Assembly (NCBI GenBank): GCA_947586835.1 | Contig: CANPXT010000001.1 | Location: 44,543-108,542, forward strand | Direction of reading: 5' to 3' | DNA from: an uncultured Alphaproteobacteria bacterium | GTDB lineage: Bacteria > Pseudomonadota > Alphaproteobacteria > CAAHEQ01 > UBA3637 | DNA length: 64,000 bases | Part shown: positions 58,389 to 64,000 of the stretch, piece after piece | Layout of the letters: every line of letters begins with the position of its first letter | Numbering within the stretch: position 1 is the stretch's first letter | Notes under the pieces: model-generated | What the model was told of the DNA's origin: nothing | Seen by the model: the letters and a program-made list of their open reading frames with translations, nothing else | Databases searched by the model: none | Program-made: the position numbers and the translations under genes

Positions 58389-59141
58389 CTATAATTGTGT
58401 TGAAGCAATTCCCCAAAAATCATCGATTTTTAAACTGGCACCGCCGATTAAAGCACCGTCAACGTTTTCAACCGCCAATAACTCTTTGGCGTTAGTCGGT
58501 TTCACGGATCCGCCGTATAAAATACGCATGTTATCGGCTGTTTGTGAGCCTAATAAAGTTGCCAATTCATGACGAATCGCGGCATGCATTTGCGCCACAT
58601 CATTTGTGGTCGGCGTTTTGCCCGTTCCGATAGCCCAAACAGGCTCATAAGCGATTACGCAATTTTCGGCTGTTGCATTTGTAGGCACGGATTCTTTAAT
58701 TTGTCGTGCCACCACTTCCAATGCTTGATTGTTATCACGTTCGGCTTCCGTTTCACCGATGCAGATAACGGCCGTTAAACCGGCTTGAATGGCATTTTGT
58801 GCTTTTTGACACACAACGGCATTCGTTTCATGATGCAACGTACGGCGCTCCGAATGACCGACAATAGCACAAGCAGCTCCTAAATCTTTAACCATTTCCG
58901 CGGAAACATCACCGGTAAAAGCGCCGGCAGTTTTTGTCGTTTCGGCTACATCTTGCGCACCCAACAAAACGTTTGTATGTTCCTGATTACCGATCAATCC
59001 CAATAAATTCATCGGCGGACAAATTAACACATCGAATGATAAGTTACCCCGACATTTTTCAGCCACGGCTTTTGCCAACTTCAGCCCTTCTTCTTTTAAA
59101 CCGTTCATTTTCCAATTTCCTGCTATAAGTTTACGACGCAT
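58389..59141 (-). CDS. tpiA: triosephosphate isomerase
   Basis: 250 aa with AGNWKMN, IVGHSERR and YEPVWAIGTG motifs. Confidence 0.95.
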   Translation of the reverse strand: MRRKLIAGNWKMNGLKEEGLKLAKAVAEKCRGNLSFDVLICPPMNLLGLIGNQEHTNVLLGAQDVAETTKTAGAFTGDVSAEMVKDLGAACAIVGHSERRTLHHETNAVVCQKAQNAIQAGLTAVICIGETEAERDNNQALEVVARQIKESVPTNATAENCVIAYEPVWAIGTGKTPTTNDVAQMHAAIRHELATLLGSQTADNMRILYGGSVKPTNAKELLAVENVDGALIGGASLKIDDFWGIASTQL

Positions 59142-59230
59142 TTTTCTTCTCCTTTTCTAAATTATCGTCAAATGTTTTTTTTAATGAATAACATACTTTT
59201 TTTTCGTTTGCAAGAGGGCAAAGCATTTCC

Positions 59231-59259
59231 TTGACAAAAAAAATTTTTTCAGATATTAT
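59231..59259 (+). promoter_or_regulatory. putative sigma70 promoter (TTGACA-17-TATTAT) for the 59286 gene
   Basis: Consensus -35, 17-nt spacer, then RBS AAGGAGAG. Confidence 0.45.
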
Positions 59260-59285
59260 TAATGGAGTCTTTTTAAGGAGAGATC

Positions 59286-60200
59286 ATGCCGAAACATGCA
59301 CAAATGAGTCAACTGATTCACAACGCTTTTCCTGATTTGCCTGAAACAGATTTTTCGGCGATTCTAAAAGATTCCGTTCTATGTGCTCAGGCCGCCGAAC
59401 TGGCCTTAAAAAACGCTTGGACACATAAAATTATTTTAGCTTTAAACGGTTACGGATTTCAAGATATTCTCTTTGCATTTGAAGAAGATAATCAAATTTT
59501 TTGTTCCAAGCTAAATCCTTTTTATAAAACAACCTTACCCCTTGACCCGACCAAACGCATCACCTATGGCGACGTATGTCTGCATGCACATGATTATCAA
59601 CTATTTGTCACCGCTTTAAAACCGTATGAAAATTGCATTCTGCCTTTTAAAACGAATACATTGTTTCATATGGAAACATTGGCACCCGTTTTTCGAAGAG
59701 ATATTTTTTCCGTCCCGAAAAATACGTCTGACAAGGAAGTTTTAAATCGAAAAAAAGAATTAGATGTTTTTTTAAGCAAAATGGGAAAAATATTCGGCAC
59801 GCAAAAATTTTGGCAAGAGCTTTTTTCCGATCGCATTCAGCAGTTGGACAGTTTGGAAGGAGAATATCCGTTTCGTAAAAAGAGTGAGAGTTTGTATACA
59901 ATTATGGATGTGTGTTTGGAAAATAATTTACCGAACACCGCTATTCAAATGATTGATGAAGTTTACGGAAAAAATAAAGATTATAATGCGGTTGTCAGGT
60001 TGTTAAAAGGATCGACAACTTTAAATTTATTCCAAAAAAATATGCGATTAAACTATAATAAACAACCTAAAAACAGCGTGACAAAAGTGATGGATCATTT
60101 AAGAAAAATTTTACCGATTCATCTTTATCATTCGCAAGTAGAAGGACGACGCATGTGGAATGATACGGGATATCAACGAGGAGAATTACAATTAGAATGA
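59286..60200 (+). CDS. hypothetical cytoplasmic protein
   Basis: 304 aa, no signal peptide, no recognisable domain. Stop overlaps the next gene start (ATGA). Confidence 0.5.
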   Translation: MPKHAQMSQLIHNAFPDLPETDFSAILKDSVLCAQAAELALKNAWTHKIILALNGYGFQDILFAFEEDNQIFCSKLNPFYKTTLPLDPTKRITYGDVCLHAHDYQLFVTALKPYENCILPFKTNTLFHMETLAPVFRRDIFSVPKNTSDKEVLNRKKELDVFLSKMGKIFGTQKFWQELFSDRIQQLDSLEGEYPFRKKSESLYTIMDVCLENNLPNTAIQMIDEVYGKNKDYNAVVRLLKGSTTLNLFQKNMRLNYNKQPKNSVTKVMDHLRKILPIHLYHSQVEGRRMWNDTGYQRGELQLE

Positions 60201-60994
60201 AAATATTTTTCTTTTTATTTTTCGGTTTACTCAGCTTGGGATTGAATGCGCAAGCAGCATCAGATTCGCAATTGGATAATCTTGCGCGTACTTTACCCGT
60301 TGAACAAGGAACAAGTGTTGAAGACGTTGTGAAAAATTTAATTCACCCTGATTATACCGATCAAGAAAAAGCACGCATATTGGCGGCATTTGTTACTTAT
60401 CAGATTCAAAAAAACGGGTATGCTTTGCGAGAAGCGAAAAAAGCATCCATGAACAATCGGGAAGCTAAAATCGTACCGACCGGCGATATATTAAAAACAC
60501 GTTTGGGCACAGCTTTCGATTATGCCGAACTGTATCAGCAATTATGTACGGCTGCCGGTTTAAAAGCTGTTGTCATTCACGGATATGCCGGTGCAAACGT
60601 CCGTCAACCGAATCGGAGAAATCCGAAATTGGAAATTGTCAAGCACGCTTTACAACAAAACGGAGTAATTCCGAATTATGATATGCAAAAATATGAATCG
60701 GCATGGAATGCCGTTCAAATCAACAATCAATGGATTTTAGTCGATACTTATTGGATGAGCGGACGCGATAAAGCTTTTGTCGGACGTGATATGAAAGATG
60801 CCCGCGATATGAATCGCTTTTTAAAACAACGGGAACGGCATCAACCCAATTTAAGAGAATTAACACGCAACAAATCAATCGATAACGACTTTTTTAACGC
60901 TAACCCGCGTACTTTCGTTAAAACGCATTATCCCTTCGACGATGCCTGGCAATTATTGCCTGTACCGGTTACGCTTTCCTCTTTTTTAAAATAA
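60197..60994 (+). CDS. secreted transglutaminase-like superfamily protein with non-canonical catalytic positions
   Basis: Signal peptide. LGTAFDYAELYQQLCTAAGLKAVVIHGYAG resembles the TGase-like core (G-x-C-x-DFA…GIPAR.V.GY) but has Ala in place of the nucleophile Cys. The downstream H…D region reads QWILVDTYW. Confidence 0.4.
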   Translation: MKIFFFLFFGLLSLGLNAQAASDSQLDNLARTLPVEQGTSVEDVVKNLIHPDYTDQEKARILAAFVTYQIQKNGYALREAKKASMNNREAKIVPTGDILKTRLGTAFDYAELYQQLCTAAGLKAVVIHGYAGANVRQPNRRNPKLEIVKHALQQNGVIPNYDMQKYESAWNAVQINNQWILVDTYWMSGRDKAFVGRDMKDARDMNRFLKQRERHQPNLRELTRNKSIDNDFFNANPRTFVKTHYPFDDAWQLLPVPVTLSSFLK

Positions 60995-62353
60995 TTAAAA
61001 AGCTTTAATAATCGGCGCCGTCGGTCTTAAATGGCACAGCAATCGAACAGTCGGCGCAAGCTTGCTTTGAGGAACGGTATGTTGCGTTTGTTTTTCCATT
61101 TCTTTTAAAACAACCGTTTGTGTTTCTACTTCGTTTTCACCTAAAATCACCACATAAGGTATTTGCATTTTATTAGCATAGGCCATTTTATTTTTAAATT
61201 TTATATCCGTACTGAACACATCGACTTTAATACCTTCCGAACGCAATTCCTGACCGATTTTCAAAGCTTGATTCACTTCATTTTCACTCATGGGGATCAC
61301 AAGAACGGTTGTGGTTGTCTTCCCGAGAGAATTCAGTAAATCTTTTTCACGCAACAAGTCAAAAAAGCGCGTAAGACCGATACTGATACCGACGCCGGGT
61401 AATTTTCTGTCCGTATAATACTCCGCCAGATTTTCATATCGTCCGCCCGAACAAACAGAACCCCAATTCGGAAAATCGGGGACAAAAGTCTCATAAACCG
61501 TGCCGGTATAATAATCCAACCCGCGCGTGATTTTTAAATCAATCACAAAGTGTGATTCGGGCAACCCCAAAGATTTCATGGCTTCAACAACCATTTCAAG
61601 CGCCTCTAATCCTTCTGAAAACAAAGCGTTGTCAACGGAGAGTTTTTTAAGCTGACTGAACACATTTTCACTGCTTCCTTGAATGGCACAGAATGATAAG
61701 ACAGCATTTATATCCGTTTCTTTTAATCCTAAATCTTGTAAACAAAGGCGCACATTTTCCGTGCCGATTTTATCGGTTTTATCGATAATTCTTAAAATAT
61801 CGGTGGTTTGTTGAGCCAAACCGAGCGATTCGTAAAAACCTTGTAAGAGTTTACGATTGTTAATGTGTATTTGAAACCGCTTTAAACCCAACTTTGTAAA
61901 AATGCGATAAATAATGCACGGAATTTCAGCATCATAAGCCAAAGATAACTTTTCACTTCCGATAATATCAATATCAGCCTGATAAAACTCCCGAAAACGT
62001 CCGTGCTGCGGTCGTTCTCCACGATAAACCTTGGCAATTTGATACCGCTTAAAGGGAAATGTTAATTCATTTTGATGTTGTGCCACATAGCGCGCCAAAG
62101 GAACGGTTAAATCAAACCGCATGCATAAATCGGCATCACCTTTATTGAAGCGATAAATTTGTTTTTCCGTTTCACCGCCGGCTTTGGCCAATAAAATTTC
62201 CGATAATTCCAGCGTCGGAGTATCCAATTCCGTAAAGCCGAAAGATTCATATGAATCAGCAATAATTTGTTTCATTTGATTAAAAATTAATTGTTCATGC
62301 GGGGGTAATTCCATAAATCCAGATAAAATCCGAGGTGTAATTTTATGTGCCAT
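60995..62353 (-). CDS. hisS: histidine--tRNA ligase
   Basis: 452 aa, class II aaRS motifs and a C-terminal anticodon-binding domain. Confidence 0.95.
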   Translation of the reverse strand: MAHKITPRILSGFMELPPHEQLIFNQMKQIIADSYESFGFTELDTPTLELSEILLAKAGGETEKQIYRFNKGDADLCMRFDLTVPLARYVAQHQNELTFPFKRYQIAKVYRGERPQHGRFREFYQADIDIIGSEKLSLAYDAEIPCIIYRIFTKLGLKRFQIHINNRKLLQGFYESLGLAQQTTDILRIIDKTDKIGTENVRLCLQDLGLKETDINAVLSFCAIQGSSENVFSQLKKLSVDNALFSEGLEALEMVVEAMKSLGLPESHFVIDLKITRGLDYYTGTVYETFVPDFPNWGSVCSGGRYENLAEYYTDRKLPGVGISIGLTRFFDLLREKDLLNSLGKTTTTVLVIPMSENEVNQALKIGQELRSEGIKVDVFSTDIKFKNKMAYANKMQIPYVVILGENEVETQTVVLKEMEKQTQHTVPQSKLAPTVRLLCHLRPTAPIIKAF

Positions 62354-62387
62354 TTAAACTCCTTAATATTTTTATTCTTTGATATTT

Positions 62388-62684
62388 CTATTTTTTCATA
62401 GCGGGACAAACTCCGCGTGCTTCGGCATAAGCAACTTTTTTATTTTCATTGAAATAAACCAACGTGGTACAATTTCCGTGATGATACGTCCATAAATAAT
62501 TCGGCTCTTCATTACGCTCCATTAACGGTGTCCCCAATATTTTTTTAACGGATTCCATATCAAGTCCGGTTAAAAAATTTTCACGGTGCACTGCCATATG
62601 CGTCCGTCCTTGAAACACATCGTCCTGAAGGGCACATCCGGTTAAAAGCAACAAAAAAAACAAACATTTTAATTTCATGGGCAT
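62388..62684 (-). CDS. small lipoprotein
   Basis: Start at 62684 or 62678 (MPMKLKCLFFLLLLTGC with lipobox LTGC). The ORF-track N-terminal extension is rejected. Confidence 0.5.
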   Translation of the reverse strand: MPMKLKCLFFLLLLTGCALQDDVFQGRTHMAVHRENFLTGLDMESVKKILGTPLMERNEEPNYLWTYHHGNCTTLVYFNENKKVAYAEARGVCPAMKK

Positions 62685-62721
62685 TATTGTAACGATGATT
62701 AAAATAAAAATCAAGTGAAAA

Positions 62722-64000
62722 TCATTTGAAAAGATAAAAATACGGTTTTTCGGGGCAACTGACACGCCACGGACGATATTTATCCGTCTCACAAGCACGG
62801 CGTATGGAATACGCGTGATTCTTTTCGAAAACAGAAAGGGTCTGCCATGCATAAATCTGATAAGGATAAATCAAATGCGGACACGCGCGCATTGTATCAT
62901 CCGCAAAAACGGATAATAACGCCTTATTGCAATTTTGCTCATTTAATCCGATGAGTGGTGAGTGTTGCGGCAATAACAATTTTAAGTGATGCTTTTCGGG
63001 ATTCAATCCGGCATAAGTCATCCATGCCCGATTTAATGCTTTAAAATAATAACTTTCCGTTTCATAATAGGTGTTATGGTTGCGATATCCGATAAACTGT
63101 CCGCCGGCACCGATAAATGCAACGGGTTTTTCAATACCGAAAAATGCCGTGAACGCTAAAATAAAAAACAGACAGAAAATATACCGAATACGCGACTGAA
63201 ACAAAGCTAATCCGACAAGACCCGTTGTCCACAAAACAAGCCCGTAAGCATAAAAATACGGCGCATAAAAAGTTGCATGCGTCCAATCGGATAACGGCAA
63301 ACCGATCCATGAAACAAATGAAAGAAGCCTATCGGCAGTTTGCAACAAAAAATCGGAAACGGGAGATAAAGATAAAGTAATCACGCTTAAAAATAATAAA
63401 GGAATAACGGCAAAAGCAAAAAGAGAACTTAATAATATGTTTCCCAAAACGGTAAAAACGGATATTTGATGAAAAACATACAACACAAACGGGCTTGTGG
63501 CCAGCGTAACCAATAAATTAAACAACAGATAATTTACAATAAAGGCGCGTGTTTTATGAAAAGAGGTATATTCTTTCAATTGATTTTGAAAGCGAACATA
63601 AACACCTGTAATACATAACACGGCAATAAACGACAGCTGAAAACGAATATGCATTAACAATACGGGCTTAAAACATAAAATCAAAAAAGCGGCGAACAAT
63701 AAATTTCTGATTGATATAGCTCGTTTATCAAGCAAAAGAGCAACCATAACGGCACACACCATTAAATAAGAACGTACGGCCGGCGGATGCGCACCCGAAA
63801 GAAGCACATAAAAAAAGCAAACGCCGAGTGCCATCAACAGAGCAATTCGCTTTATTAAAATCCCGGAACTTTTCTGAAAAATCAAATTCAACAAAAAGCG
63901 AACGAAACAAAACACAAAAAAAGCAATTAACCCGATATGAAAGCCTGACACGGAAAGAATGTGCGAAATACCCAAATCCCGATACAAAAGGCGCGATGAC
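62722..64000 (-). CDS. comEC: ComEC/Rec2-family competence membrane protein, N-terminus beyond window
   Basis: Polytopic membrane protein with the ComEC signature region (GISHILSVSGFHIG). Confidence 0.7.
   Translation of the reverse strand, partial: SSRLLYRDLGISHILSVSGFHIGLIAFFVFCFVRFLLNLIFQKSSGILIKRIALLMALGVCFFYVLLSGAHPPAVRSYLMVCAVMVALLLDKRAISIRNLLFAAFLILCFKPVLLMHIRFQLSFIAVLCITGVYVRFQNQLKEYTSFHKTRAFIVNYLLFNLLVTLATSPFVLYVFHQISVFTVLGNILLSSLFAFAVIPLLFLSVITLSLSPVSDFLLQTADRLLSFVSWIGLPLSDWTHATFYAPYFYAYGLVLWTTGLVGLALFQSRIRYIFCLFFILAFTAFFGIEKPVAFIGAGGQFIGYRNHNTYYETESYYFKALNRAWMTYAGLNPEKHHLKLLLPQHSPLIGLNEQNCNKALLSVFADDTMRACPHLIYPYQIYAWQTLSVFEKNHAYSIRRACETDKYRPWRVSCPEKPYFYLFK

Noticed and set aside
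62685-62852. 56-codon N-terminal extension of the small lipoprotein ORF
   Set aside because: The extension is an arbitrary upstream read-through. The lipoprotein signal peptide with lipobox LTGC begins at the internal Met (62684/62678).

Overview
This is a 64-kb, AT-rich (about 35-40% GC by eye) chromosomal segment that looks alphaproteobacterial. Supporting genes are a DivK-type receiver, gatCAB, rph-rdgB, RsmB/RsmE and a conserved alphaproteobacterial J-domain protein. The organism is probably host-associated or intracellular, judging from an orphan rvh-like virB3-virB4 pair, a Sel1-repeat protein and many signal-peptide hypotheticals. The window holds about 60 protein genes and one tRNA-Glu(CUC). 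I found no rRNA, no CRISPR array, no intact IS element and no prophage. The housekeeping backbone is rsmB(partial)-divK, adhE, grpE, rph-rdgB, amiC, rne, an RND efflux pair, gatCAB, xth, sdaA, rpsT, accA, rpmG, rsmE, cspA, eno-kdsA-secG, tpiA, hisS and comEC(partial). The unusual content is: (1) two fucosyltransferases that carry eukaryote-like N-terminal membrane anchors. One is a GT11 alpha-1,2 type coupled behind an XRE/ABC-2 exporter cluster (27.8-32.1 kb). The other is a GT10 alpha-1,3 type joined to the 3' end of accA and bracketed by 296-bp direct repeats with a decayed second copy and GC-rich palindromes (38.5-40.6 kb). (2) A MoxR-DUF58-DUF4381 operon that ends in a WYL-like/TerB-like fusion protein. 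(3) A kinase-like(HATPase)-REC-PP2C tri-domain partner-switching protein. (4) Tandem paralogous secreted proteins, HExxH hypotheticals and a pseudo-transglutaminase, all candidate secreted or T4SS effectors. (5) An rpmG reading frame disrupted in an A-tract. (6) A solo IS1 InsA-like gene beside tRNA-Glu. All functional calls come from motif recognition by eye; no database search or computation was possible.
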